Notes: generated by a model not told the origin, from the sequence alone. A stretch of DNA of 64,000 bases from Eledone cirrhosa (GCA_964016885.1 OZ024742.1:45570001-45634000); one strand, 5' to 3'. Counted from the first letter of the stretch, positions 13,074 to 32,767 are shown. Program-made: numbers and translations.

Positions 13074-13690
13074 AGAACGGGATGGAAGAAGTTCAGGGAA
13101 CTACTGCTAGCTGCAAAAGGCTTCTCCCTCAAAATGAAAGGCAGACTGTATGATGCGTGTATCTGAACAGCAATATTGCATGGTAGTGAGACCTGGGCGC
13201 TGAAGGTGGAAGACTTACGTAGATTAGAAAGAAACGAAGCCTGCATGCTCCGATGGATGTGTAACAGTAATATACGCGAACGACAAAGCATAAATGTATT
13301 GAGAGAGAGACTGAGCATAAGAGGAATCAAATGCTGTGTGCAGGAGAGGCGGTTGTGCTGGTATGGACATGTGATGCGTATGAAGGATGACAGCTGCATA
13401 AAAAGGTCCAGAGCACTAGAAGTCAATGGAAACCGCGGAGTGGGGAGACCCAAAAAAACCTGGGATGAGGTGATAAAAGCCGACCTTACCCAATTACACT
13501 TCTCAAAGGCGATGACACACGACCGTGACCTCTGGCGTCATGCAATAATACAGAGTAACCGACCTCCCATGGGTACAAGCTGAAGCATATAGACAATATG
13601 CCCCCACACCTCCCACCACAACAGGACAACCCGTCTAACCCATGCTAGCATGGAAGAACGGACGTAAAACGGTGATGAGGATGATGATGA
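13074..13690 (+). mobile_element. RTE family A, 3' fragment with internal 3' UTR deletion
   Basis: HGSETW...RRL.WYGHVMR...GRPKKTW; family A tail plus (TGA)n. Confidence 0.88.
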
Positions 13691-14029
13691 TATATATGTA
13701 TAGGAAAAGCAAACGACTAGGCGTGAAGTATAGAATAGACGGGAAGAATTTAATTAAAGTTCATTCTTTAACACGTTTCAATACCGTACATACCTTTATA
13801 TATATATATATATAATGTGTGTGTATGTGTTTGTTTTCCAATCTGGCAGGTGTACAACAAACTTTCTTATAGTTTCTCTGTACCAAATATTGGTTTTCTC
13901 TACATAGAGGTGCAATAGAAGATATTTGCAGAACGTGGGATTGAACCTGACCCATATGGTTTTAAAGCAAATGTCTTTACTACACATCCATGCTTTTGTC
14001 TATAATTAATATTAAGAGGATGTTAAGGT

Positions 14030-14240
14030 CAGTGGATTGGCAGTATCAGTAGGTTGTTGGACATATAGTTACATAGCTTTACGTTCTGAATTCAAATTCC
14101 ACTGAGGTTAAGCTCTTCTTCTCAACCTTACAGGTTAGATAAAATAAAGCACCAATAACATACTGGGGTCAATTGAAGCGACTTTTCCCTCCCCCCAAAT
14201 TTTTGTCCTTGTGTCTAAATCAGAAACCGTTATTAAAAGG
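14030..14240 (+). mobile_element. Degenerate copy of the second SINE family
   Basis: ttggcagtatcagtag head, ttcaaattcc B-box, gataaaataaagcacca body. Confidence 0.5.
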
Positions 14241-14366
14241 ATGTTAGATGTCTGAATCAGTAGAACACTGAATAAAACGCTTTGTGGTCAAATAAGTATC
14301 AATCAGTCAAATCAATTAACCTTCCTAATTACTTGTTTCTGCTGAAGTTATAAATTATTATTATTT

Positions 14367-14640
14367 TGGCAGTATTGGTAGAGCGTCAGACACCATGCTT
14401 TGCAGCATAGAGTTATGGCTCTTTACATTCTGAGTTCAAATCCTGCCGAGGTTACCTTTGCCTTTCGTCCTTACGGAGTTGATGAAATAAAGTACCAGTA
14501 ATAGACATAATTGCTGACCTTGTGCCAAAGTAGAAGAGGTTAACCTTGCCTTTCATCCTTACGGGGTCGATAAAATAAAGTACCAGTAATGTACCGGGTA
14601 ATTGCTGGCCTTGTGCCTAAAGTAGAAACAATTATTATTT
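14367..14640 (+). mobile_element. tRNA-derived SINE, second family, with duplicated 3' body
   Basis: ggcagtattggtagagcg A-box, gagttcaaatcc B-box, body gcctttcatccttacggggtcgataaaataaagtaccag twice; related copies at 17435, 51411(-), 57535, 63030. Confidence 0.75.
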
Positions 14641-15020
14641 ATAGCATTAGTAGTATAGCTTGGTCACTGTAAATGTTTCAACCTCAGTGACTGAAATATT
14701 CTAAAATAAATCACTTTGAATAATTAACCTCAGTGATTTATTTTTGAAAATATGTTAATTTTGTGCAATAAATATATTGACACTAACTTAACTATTGTAT
14801 TGTTCTTCAGACCGATGACGTCTCTGAGTAATTAATCAGAGATGTATTTTTTTAATATAATTTTTTCATGCCTATTCATGTTCAACATTGTACATCTAAT
14901 TTGGGATTCTCTCATCACTACTTTGGCAAATATGGTAAAGTCTCAAGTTCACTGATGATGTCTAATAAGATAGGAACATTTTCAGATTTGTCTCCCTTGC
15001 TTGTTGAAATGGTTAAACTG

Positions 15021-15531
15021 CTGTATTTGACGGCTTATAAGATGCAACTCAATTTGGGCAGGAATTTTAAGATAAGTAAAAAATGAGTTTAAACTACGAA
15101 TGTTAGGCGAAGGGTATAAAGTTTGTACATCATATTTTTTTAATTATAATTCTACATTGTAATTCTAGTTGTAATATTTTAGTGCATTTTTAAAATAAGG
15201 AAGAGTGAAAATAAATTTACTTTATTCTCAACATATTTTTCGTTGAAATATTTAGTACAATTTTTAAAACAAAAGAAAGTGAAAATAAATATATTTTATT
15301 CATCATAAAATTTATTAAAATTGTAGCTTTTTTTAGAAAAGAGTTGGTATTGTTGGTGTAGAAGCGATCGCCACTTTGTTTACATTTGCGGTTTAATTCA
15401 AGGGCCACTGCAGCACAAGAAATTTACTAGCCAGTAACCAAACTGACCCTTGACCTTATAAGTTGCAGTGTGATTTTCTGGGACATTTTTGTGGGAAGAA
15501 AAAAATGCATCTTGTAAGCCGTCAAATATGG
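15021..15531. mobile_element. Non-autonomous pogo/Tc2-like DNA transposon (MITE)
   Basis: About 26-bp TIRs ctgtatttgacggcttataagatgca / tgcatcttgtaagccgtcaaatatgg; TA at the right end. Confidence 0.7.
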
Positions 15532-15657
15532 TATATATTAATCCTTGAGCTATGGCTGTCTTTTCTTCACTGCACAATTATTTCTGAATTATATTTTTGA
15601 TATTACTAAAAATATGTTGACATTTATGAAGTTATTTGGTATTTAATTTGATTCTAG

Positions 15658-15749
15658 GAGCATTCCTTTGATACTGCTGTAAAGAAGTGTTGTGAACATA
15701 TCCAGAGGGAAACAGATGGACAATTCCAAGGAGCGTGGATTCTTACTGA
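15658..15749 (+). CDS. TPRG1L: Internal coding exon of TPRG1-like (hSac2 domain) gene: EHSFDTAVKKCCEHIQRETDGQFQGAWILT(E)
   Basis: ttctag acceptor, GA|gtgagt donor (phase 2); DG..QG.W.LTE matches my recollection of the TPRG1/TPRG1L motif and joins in frame to the exon at 62800. Confidence 0.8.
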
Positions 15750-16049
15750 GTGAGTTATGTTTCCTTTGTTTGGAAGTGGGACACACTTGGAACAAGAGTT
15801 TTAGATGAAGATGGCTGGGATGGGATGATGGATAGACACTTTATGTCACGTTGCTCCAGTTCACTCAGCTGTAGTATTAAGTTGTGATGTAACTGGTTTC
15901 AAGCTGTATAGGCCTTGGACAACATTAGTGGTGTGGAGAGGTGAGACTGGTATGAATAGGTGATTGCTAGTCTTTCACAAACAAACATTGTCCAGGCTTC
16001 TGCCTCGGGGGGGGGGGGGGGGGGGCACGGACTTTCTAGATACAAAACC

Positions 16050-16460
16050 ATTGTCATTATTGACCAATGGGGGCCGTAATGGTCAGTGTTATTGTGGTCA
16101 TCATTGTGGTTGTTATTTTTGCTGTGGTGGCCATTGTTGTGGTGATGGTCATTGTTGTGTTGGTGGTGGTAATTGTTGTTATGGTAGTCATTGTTGTGGT
16201 AGTGTTGGTCATTGTTGTTGTTATGGTGGTGGTGGACATTGTTGTTGTGGTGGTAGTCGTTGTTGTTGTGGTGGTGGTGGTAGTCATTGTTGTTGTTGTG
16301 GTGGTGGTGGTGGTAGTCATTGTTGTGGTGGTGGTGGTAGTCGTTGTTGTTGTGGTGGTGATTGTTGTGGTGGTGGTAGTTGTTGTTGTTGTGGTGGTGG
16401 ACATTGTTGTTGTGGTGGTGGTGGTGGTAGTCATTGTTGTTGTGGTGGTGTTGGTCATTG
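16050..16460. repeat. (GTT/GTG/GTC)n trinucleotide low-complexity repeat
   Basis: Directly visible. Confidence 0.9.
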
Positions 16461-16659
16461 TATGGTCATTTCATTGAAACATAATCAACACAAACCACTG
16501 TTGGTGATTTTACTTGAAGGTTTGACCTGCTAAAGTTAGCTGCCAAATTTCCTTCAACTTACATCTTACTATCTTAAAATTAGAAAGACACATTAGATAA
16601 TGTAGTCCAGGGTACATTGTGTTTGAAGATATGATCATTGTGGGAAGACCTTTAATGGT

Positions 16660-17235
16660 AAGTCAGCTTAATCATGGCTGACTTGGGGCTAAACAACAAC
16701 AAGAATAGATTTAACCATAGGTCAGCTTAATCATGGCTGACCTGTGGCTAAACAACAACAACAGATTTAATCATAAGTCAGCTTAATCATGGATGACCTG
16801 GGGTTAAACAACACCAACAGATTTAATCATAGGTCAGCTTAAGCATGGCTAACCTGTGGCTAAACAACAACAGATTTAATCATAGGTCTTATTAATCATG
16901 GCTACCCTGAGACTAAACAACAACAACAACAGATTTAATCATAGGTCAGCTTAATCATGGCTGACCTGGGGTTAAACAACAGCAGATTTAATCATAGGTC
17001 AGCTTAAGCATGGCTGACCTGGGGTTTAACAACAACAACAGATTTAATCATAGGTCAGCTTAATCATGGCTGACCTGGAGCTAAACAGCAACAATAACAA
17101 CAACAACAATATATTTAGTCATAGGTCTGCTTAATCATGGCTGACCAGTGGCTAAACAACAACAGCAATAATAAATATAATCATAGGTCAACTTAATGAT
17201 GGCTGACCTGTGACTAAACAACAACAATAACAGGT
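16660..17235 (+). repeat. Minisatellite, about 10 units of 53-70 bp, each a hairpin plus (AAC)n
   Basis: Unit gatttaatcat-AGGTCAGC-ttaatcatg-GCTGACCT-ggggctaa(aac)n. Confidence 0.9.
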
Positions 17236-17434
17236 TTAACCAGGGCACCCCAATGACAATAACATCAACAGAATGTGAATGTTTAACAGAATATAAATAA
17301 TTTCTCCTTTCAATCACACCTGCATGTCATAAAATGTCATAAAAGGTAATTTTAACTTATTTAAAAAAATGTATTACCAGAATGGGAAACTGGCTAAAAA
17401 TTCTTTTAGCCAGAAGTTCTTTTATTAGTGGATA

Positions 17435-17605
17435 GGCAGTATTGGTAGAAGGTCGGACGCCATGCTTCGCAGCATAGAGTTATAGTCTGAGTTCAAATAC
17501 CGCCGAGGTTAACTTTGCCTTTCATCCTTACGGGGTCGATAAAATAAAGTACCAGTAATGCACTGGGATAATTGCTGGCCTTGTGCCAAAAGTAGAAACA
17601 ATTAA
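17435..17605 (+). mobile_element. tRNA-derived SINE, second family
   Basis: Matches 14367-14640. Confidence 0.75.
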
Positions 17606-17839
17606 AATGGGCACATATGCATGCACACACACACAAATATATATACATCATCATCATCATCATCATTTTACGTCTGCTCTTCCTTGCTTGAAAAGGTGGG
17701 ACAAAAAAATAGGTTGCTCTGAAGTAGCAGAGCAATGCCCATATGTGTTAGAAAGACCATATGATCTCTTCCGTTGTCAAGGGCAGTGCTAACCGTCTCT
17801 CCTTATATATATATATATATATATACATACACACTCACA

Positions 17840-17892
<53 letters not shown>

Positions 17893-17911
17893 GTATATAT
17901 ATGTATATACA

Positions 17912-20900
17912 ATCCAAAACTTCAGAGTTGGTACCATGAATGTAGGCACCTTAAAAGGTCGATCTAACGAGGTTGTAGAAATGCTTGAACGTAAGGAGGT
18001 TGATGTTTGCTGTATCCAAGAGACCAGGTGGAGGGGCGGGTCTGCTAGATTCATTGTGGGTAAAAAACGATGCTATAAGCTTTTCTGGGTGGGAAATGAC
18101 AATGGGCTGGGTGGGTAGTTAAGATAATAGACATAAATAGAGTGAACGACATAATAATTAAAATAATACTTGTCCTAAATAGAACTATTGTGACAGTAAT
18201 ATCTGCGTACGCACCCCAATCCGGACTGCCTGGCGTTATAAAAGACAGATTCTATGAGACACTGATGCTCACGACCTCCCAAATAACCGACAGTGACTAC
18301 ATAATTATTGCTGGTGACCTAAATGGTCACGTTGGACAACATTGTGATGGCTATGACGGAATCCATGGAGGCTATGGGTTTGGTACTAGAAATGAGGAAG
18401 GCGCCAGAATCCTGGAATTCTGTGACGCAAATAACCTAACTGTCTGTAACACTAACTTCAAAAAACGAGACAATCACTTGATCAGGGGAACACGCCAGTC
18501 AGATAGATTATATCCTTACCAGAAGACGTGATAGAGTGTCTATCGTAAACACTAAATCCCTCCCCCATGAAGAATGCATCTCCCAACATAGACTCATAGT
18601 CAGCGACCTTGTAGTCAGGACAAGACGTACTCAACAACAGAGGAGGACTATCCTCAGGAGAAAAATATGGAAGCTAAAGGACCCCACAGCCAGTAATAAA
18701 TTTAAAAGCATATTACTTGATGCTTTTGACAGTAAGGAAGAGCAATTAGAGTCGTACAATATAGAGGAACAGTGGGAATTCCTGAAAGCTAACCTGCTGA
18801 AGGCGGCAGATGATGTCTGTGGCTGGAGCAGGCCTATAGGCAGGAGGAGAGTAATGTGGTGGTGTAACAGTAAGGTGGAGGAGTCAATTAAGGCCAAAAA
18901 GCAGGCTTGGAAAGTATGGTGGGATAGGGGAAGTAGAGAAGACTATCAAGTGGCCAGGAGGGAAGCTAGGAGACAAGTGTACTTCGCAAGAAGGGAAGCA
19001 GAGGAAAAAAAGTTCAAGCATGTTCTACAACGCGAGGACCAAAAACGTGGGGTGTTCAGGATTGCTAGGCAATGTGTCAAGGAAAATAGTGATATTGTCG
19101 GGGAGAAGTGTGTCCTTAATGATGATGGTGTACTTGCCATCACTGACGGTGATAAGAAGATAGATTGGAACTGTCACTACGAAAGGCTACTAAATGAGGA
19201 GAATAAATGGGAGAAAGACAGTCTCCCCCACATCGATCCAATAGAGGGACCAGCAGTGCTAGTTGAAGGTAGTATAATAAGTAAGGCAATCAAAGATATG
19301 AAGACAGGTAAGGCGGCTGGACCTTTGGAAATAGTTGCTGAAATGCTGAAAGCATCTGGAACGGTGGGACACACTATGGTCACCCGGATAGTAAACCAAG
19401 TCATACAGAATGGGGTCGTTCCGAAGGACTGGTGTAGCAGCATCATCATTAACTGCTACAAGAGTAAAGGAGATGCCCTAGATAGAGGTAACTATAGAGG
19501 CATTAAATTAATTAACCAGGTCATGAAGGTCACAGAAAAAGTAATAGCGCAACTAACCAGAGAGCGAATTGATCTAGATGAAATGCAGTTCGGGTTTGTG
19601 TCAGGTAAAAGTACCACAGAGGCTCTTTTCATTGTACAACAACTACAGGAGAAGTACCTAGCTAAAAGTAAACCCCTATACTTAGCTTTTGTTGACTTGG
19701 AGAAAGCCTTTGACAGAGTCCCCTCTCCATTATCTGGTGGGCTCTTAGAAAACTAGGTGTTGATGAATAGCTTGTGAGAGCTATACAAGCCATGTATAAA
19801 GAAACAGTCAGCAAGGTTAGAATTAACAAGGAATATAGTGAAGAGTTTAGCGTAAAGGTTGGTGTTCATCAGGGCTCCGTCCTTAGCCCCCTCCTATTTA
19901 TTATTGCCCTTCAGGCTATAACAGAGGAGTTCAAGACCGGCTGCCCATGGGAACTCCTATATGCAGATGATCTAACGCTCATAGCTGAACTAGAGAAGAA
20001 ATTCCAAACATGGAAGCATGGCCTAGAATCAAAAGGCCTTAACATTAACCTGTCTAAGACTAAAGTTCTAGTTTGTAGGAAGGAAAATAGGGCACCAGTC
20101 CCATCTGGGAAATGGCCATGCTCAGTGTTTAGGAAAAGAGTAGGCAGAAACTCCATTTTATGTCCCAAATGCAAAGTATGGGTGCATAAAAGATGTAGTG
20201 GGATCACAGGTAAGCTAACTAAGAACACAGATTTTACATGTAGCCGGTGCTCAGGTGCAATAAGTAGCAGCAAGTGCCCACAGAATACTAGCTCATTCCA
20301 TTGCACAGATAGTTCTATAGAAATAGTGGACACCTTCCGTTACCTGGGTGACAAAATCAGCAGTGGTGGAGGATGCTCCGAAAGTACAGTAGCTAGAGTC
20401 AGAACGGGATGGAAAAAGTTCAGAGAGCTTATACCACTATTAGCCGCTAAAGGGTTCTCACTAAAAATGAAAGGCAGGCTGTATGATGCCTGCATACGAA
20501 CAGCAATGTTGCATGGCAGTGAGACCTCGGCATTGTGTGCAGAGAATATACGCAGACTGGAGAGAAATGAAGCTTGCATGCTCCGCTGGATGTGTAATAA
20601 TAATATACGTGAACGGCAAAGCATAAACGAACTAAGGGAGAAATTAGGAATAAGAGGGATCAGATGCTGTTTATTCGAGAGAAGACTACATTGGTACGGT
20701 CACGTGATGCGCATGAAAGACGACAGCTGTATAAAAAAGTGCAGGGCGATAAAAATAGACGGTAACCACGGAGTAGGCAGACCCAGAAAAACCTGGGACG
20801 ACTTGCTAAATTCCGACCTCACACACTTACACCTCTCCAAGACAATGTCACTGGACCGAGATCTTTGGCGATACACAGTAATACAGAAGACCCGCCTTGC

Positions 20901-21285
20901 CTAAGTACAAACTGAAACCTACAGTCAGTAGGCACCTCTAACAAAATACACCCTGGCCCCACTACCCCCACCCCATCCACACCACCCCTTCCAATGTAAA
21001 GTTATGTTGGTACCACAGCATCCAGTCCGAAACAAATGAGGGCGTGTAAGTGGTGTCACAACAAAAAAACACAGTCCACACTGTAATGTGGCCGTGTAGG
21101 TAACACGGTAAAAACCTCCCAGTCCACACTGTAAACGTGGTTGGTGTTAGGAAGGGCATCCAGCCATAGAAAACCCGCCAGGCAGTCCTATGCGAGCAAG
21201 ACAACCAATCTTGCCTCAAGTGGAAAAATTCCCGTCCAAACCCTTGCTAGCGTGGAAGATGGACGTTAAACGTTGATGATGATGA
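17912..21285 (+). mobile_element. RTE family B, nearly complete but decayed (stops and frameshifts near 18118, 18530, 19756)
   Basis: APE (TMNVGTL, IQETRW, YAPQ, GDLNGH), RT ([20 protein letters not shown]), PHD-like finger, 3' UTR and (TGA)n tail. Confidence 0.92.
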
Positions 21286-21319
21286 TATATATATACACAC
21301 ACACACATATATATATATG

Positions 21320-22051
21320 CCTTGATGTAGTCGCTCTCTACACCTCGGTCCCGGCACTCCCGGCCGTCAATATACTGATGGAACGCGTCCAATCCACCGA
21401 CCTACAATGCTTCGGGCTCACCACCACTGACATCCACCAACTCCTATCCATCGTCGTCGACAACACCTATTTCTGATTCCTTGACCAAATATACCAACAA
21501 ACCTCGGGATTGCCCATGGGATCAAGCCTATCAGGTGTGCTAGCGATCTCTTACATGGACAACCTCACATGCAAGGCACTAAACGCCTGCCACCCCAACG
21601 CCGTCGCCTTTTTCTCAAGATACGTGGATGATATCCCCATCCTCACATCTTCCCAAGACACGGCGAACAGAATCTATGAGACGTTCAACAACACGGACGA
21701 GAACATTGACTTCAGTGTTGAACACCCCAACGAAGACGGGTCACTTGCCCTCCTCGACTTCCGAATCAACATGACGGAACAGGGAAGGATCCACTGCAAC
21801 TTCTACCGAAAGGCAGCCTGCAGGGACCTGTTCGTCCACTACAAGTCCGCCCTCCCTAACAGTGCCAAAAGAGGATACATCATGAACAAGATCGCGCGAA
21901 TCAAAAGCAGATGCAGCGATCCCGCGAGTTGTGTCACTCATACCAAGCGATTCCTCGATGTGCTGGAGATGAACGGGTACCCTACCTCGCTCACAGACAG
22001 AGTAGGAGACAGCAGACACAAGAGACAGAGAGGCACCCAAGGCAAGTGCTT
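21320..22051 (+). mobile_element. Penelope-like element RT fragment (Penelope/Poseidon/Neptune type)
   Basis: LDVVALYTSVP, GLPMGSSLSG, RYVDDI, LALLD, YRK...HYKSALP; one in-frame stop at 21474-21476. Confidence 0.85.
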
Positions 22052-23423
22052 CCTTAAAATTAACCTGGCTAAGGCTAAAGTTCTAGTTTGTAGGAATGAA
22101 AATAAGGCGCCGGTCCCTTCCGGGAAATGGCCATGCTCAGTGTGTAGGAAAGGCGTAGGTAGAAACTCCATTTTATGTCCCAAATGCAAAGTATGGGTGC
22201 ATAAAAGATGTAGTGGGATCACAGGTAAGCTAACTAAGAACACAGATTTTACATGTGGCCGGTGCTCTGGTGCAATACGTAGCAGCAAGTGCCCACAAAA
22301 TACTAGCTCTTTCAATTGTGCAGAGGGTTCTATAGAAATAGTGGACAGCTTCCGTTACCTGGGTGACAAAATCAGCAGTGGGGGAGGGTGCTCTGAAAGT
22401 ACAGTAGCTAGTCAGAACTGGATGGAAAAAGTTCAGAGAGCTTATACCACGATTGGCCGCTAAAATTTTCTCTCTGAAAATGAAAGGCAGGCTGTATGAT
22501 GCCTGCATACGAACAGCAATGTTGCATGGCAGTGAGACCTGGGCATTGTGTGCAGAGGATATACGCAGACTAGAGAGGAACGAAGCTTGCATGCTCCGCT
22601 GGATGTGTAATAGTAATATACGTGAACGGCAAAGCATAAACAAACTAAGGAAAAAATTAGAAATAAGAGGGATCAGATGTTGTTTACTCGAGAGAAGGCT
22701 ACGTTGGTATGGTCACGTGATGCGCATGAAGGATGATAGCTGTATAACAAAGTGCAGGGCAATAAAGATAGACGGTAGCCACGGAATAGGCAGACCCAGA
22801 AAAACCTGGGACGAGCTGATAAATTCCAACCTCACACACTTACACCTCACCAAGACAATGTCACTGGACCGAGACCTTTGGCGGTACTCAGTAATAGAGA
22901 AGACCCGCGTTACCTAAATACAAAGTAAAACCTACTACAGTCAGTAGGCATCTCTAACAAAATACACCCCGTCCCACCACCCCCACCCCATCCACACCGC
23001 CCCTTTCAATGTAAAGTTATGATGGTGCCACAGCATCCAGGCCGAAACAAATGAGATTGTGTAGGTGTCACGACAAAAAACACACAGTCCACGCTGTAAT
23101 GTGGCCATGTAGGCAACACAGTAAAAACCTCCCAGTCCCACTCTGTAAATGTGGTTGGTGTTAGGAAGGGCATCCAGCTGTAGAAAACACGCCAGACGGT
23201 CCACGCTGTAATGTGGCCATGTAGGCAACACGGTAAAAACTTCCCAGCCCCACACTGTAAATGTGGTTGGTGTTGGGAAGGGCATCCAGCTGTAGAAAAC
23301 CCGCCAGACAGTCCTATGCGAGCAAGACAACCACTCCTGCCTCAAGTGGGAAAACTCCCGTCCAAACCCATGCAAGCGTGGAACACGGACGTTAAACGAC
23401 GACGATGATGATGATGATGATGA
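22052..23423 (+). mobile_element. RTE family B, 5'-truncated copy abutting the Penelope fragment
   Basis: LKINLAKAKV onward, frameshift near 22410, 3' UTR with tandem duplication, tail. Confidence 0.9.
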
Positions 23424-23449
23424 TATATACACACACATATATACACACA

Positions 23450-23534
<85 letters not shown>

Positions 23535-23820
23535 ATATATATATACACACACATATATATATACATATATATACACATATATATACACATATATATATAT
23601 ATACACACATATATATATATACATATATATACACATATATATATATATATATATACACATATATATATATATATATATACACATATATAAATATATATAC
23701 ACACACACACATTTATATATATATATACACACACATATATATATATATATACACACACACATATTTATATATATATATACACACACATATATATATATAT
23801 ATACACACATATATATATAT

Positions 23821-23851
<31 letters not shown>

Positions 23852-23890
23852 CACATATATATATATATATACACACATATATATATATAT

Positions 23891-23965
<75 letters not shown>

Positions 23966-23974
23966 TATATATAT

Positions 23975-24021
<47 letters not shown>

Positions 24022-24073
24022 TATATATATATATATACACATATATATATATACGCACATATATATATATATA
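23424..24073. repeat. (TA)n/(CA)n compound microsatellite
   Basis: Directly visible. Confidence 0.95.
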
Positions 24074-24563
<490 letters not shown>

Positions 24564-24571
24564 CATATATA

Positions 24572-30332
<5,761 letters not shown>

Positions 30333-30960
30333 CGTTATTCCGGGTTGAATCGGAGGTAACCACAGTAAGTAAGGTACTCAATACATAGCAGAGTATAAAA
30401 GTTTTAATATAGATGAGATTCTACAGGACTAGAACTGTTTCATTCATTAGAAATCATCAGGAATCTGGGTATCAAAAATAAAAATGGTATTTATAGGTCT
30501 CTACAAGTGGTAGGAGAGGGTGGGGAGTGGGATGGGTGCAGGTCATTGGTTGATAGAAAAGGGAATTCATTAAAAGCTAATTCTACAAAGCTTTAGTTTA
30601 TTTTTATTTTTATTTATTTATGTTTTTAGAGTAATAAGGGCAGACAGAATTCTATAAACAGGTTCCGGATGGCATACCATTCCTTGTCATTAAGTTTCTC
30701 TTAAGCTAACAGATGTCTATAAATCAGTGGGGGGTCAGTCATGGTCGATAGAATTAAAGAAAAGGGAGATTCTTTAAAAGCTAAATCATTAAGGTTCTAC
30801 TAAGTGACAAAGGTCTAGAGAATTCTGCAGACAGATTCAAAATACTGAGTGCATATCTTACTATTATCTTCGAACTTCTCTTAAACTAATCAACTATATG
30901 CCAAAAATCAACAGACACATTCACAAAAAAACAAAAAAACATACTCACTCACACACTTAC
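30333..30960 (-). mobile_element. Putative Penelope-type 3' region / pseudo-LTR with a hammerhead-like motif
   Basis: Hammerhead-like motif at 30416-30466, degenerate internal repeat of about 190-200 bp, microsatellite flanks, similarity to 53815-53860. Confidence 0.5.
30416..30466 (-). ncRNA. Type I hammerhead-like ribozyme, possibly inactivated
   Basis: AGATTC-CTGATGA-tTTC taat GAAt-GAAACAG ttctagtc CTGTA-GAATCT; stem I 6 bp, stem III ACAG/CTGT, GTA triplet; T-T mismatch at the base of stem II. Confidence 0.65.
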
Positions 30961-30998
30961 GCGCAACCATAAACACACACACAAACACATATACACAC

Positions 30999-31057
<59 letters not shown>

Positions 31058-31259
31058 TATATACATATATACACACACATATATATATACACACACACAT
31101 ACACATACATACACACACACACACATATATACACATATAAATACACTCACACACATACATACAAACACAAATATACATGTGTATACAAGTACACACAAAT
31201 ACATATAGACATATATACATACATATACACAGACACATATACACACACATATATATATA

Positions 31260-31856
31260 TCATCATCATCATCATCATCAACGTTTAACGTCCGTGTTCC
31301 ACGCTTGCATGGGTTTGGACGGGGTAGTCCCACTTGAGGCAAGAGTGATTGTCTTGCTCGCATAGGACTGTCTGGCAGGTTTTCTACAGTTGGATGCCTT
31401 TCCTAACACCAACCACATTTACAGTGTGGGTCTGGGAGGTTTTTACCGTGTTGCCTCCACGGCCACATTACAGCGTGGACTGTGTGTTTTTTTATCGTGA
31501 CACCTACACGATCTCATTTGTTTCGGCCTGGATGGCGCGGCACCAACATAACTTTACATAGAACGGGGTGGTGTGGATGGGGTGGGGGTGGTGGCAGGAC
31601 GGGGTGTATTTTGTTAGAGATGCCTACTGGCAAGGCGGGTCTTCTCTGTTACTGAATACCGCCAAAGGTCTCGGTCCAGTGACATTGTCTTGGAGAGGTG
31701 TAAGTGTGTGAGGTCGGAGTTTATCAGCTCATCCCAGGTTTTTCTAGGTCTGCCTATTCCGTGGCTACCGTCTATCTTTATTGCCCTGCACTTTGTTATA
31801 CAGCTATCGACTTTCATGCGCATCACGTGTCCATACCAACGCAGCCTTCTCTCGAG

Positions 31857-31859
<3 letters not shown>
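31260..31859 (-). mobile_element. RTE family B, 3' fragment
   Basis: [14 protein letters not shown]...KTRLA plus 3' UTR and tail. Confidence 0.88.
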
Positions 31860-31893
<34 letters not shown>

Positions 31894-31940
31894 CATACAT
31901 ACATACATACACATATATATACACACACATACGTATACAA

Positions 31941-32002
<62 letters not shown>

Positions 32003-32178
32003 ATACACATATATACATACACACACATACATACATATATATATATATATAAAAAAAACCATACACACACATATATACATATACACACACATACACAGAA
32101 ACACACACATACATATATATACATATACATAAATATATATACATTCATATATATAACCATATACATATATACATATAT

Positions 32179-32210
<32 letters not shown>

Positions 32211-32257
32211 ACATAAAACAAATATATACACATACAAACACACACACACACATACAT

Positions 32258-32307
<50 letters not shown>

Positions 32308-32394
32308 ATATATATATATACACACACATACACACACATACACATATATAAGGAAAAAAGCACCATACATACATATATATATATATATATATAC

Positions 32395-32429
<35 letters not shown>

Positions 32430-32560
32430 CACAAACATATATATTAAATATATATATAGATATATATATATACATATATACATATATATATACACACATA
32501 TATACACACACCCACATATATACATATATATATACACACATACATACACACATATACATA

Positions 32561-32602
<42 letters not shown>

Positions 32603-32669
32603 CACATAAATATATAGATATATATAAAAATATACACACACATATTCATACATACACACACACATATAT

Positions 32670-32740
<71 letters not shown>

Positions 32741-32767
32741 CAAACACACATACAAACATACATATAC
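31860..32767. repeat. (TA)/(CA) low-complexity array
   Basis: Directly visible. Confidence 0.9.

Noticed and set aside
15964-16533. Cys/Gly-rich ORF resembling a keratin-associated or metallothionein-like protein
   Set aside because: Product of a GTT/GTG trinucleotide repeat that is open in several frames; intronic, with no splice support.
16660-17235. CRISPR-like array of palindromic repeats
   Set aside because: Spacers are not unique, only variable (AAC)n; eukaryotic context; no cas genes.
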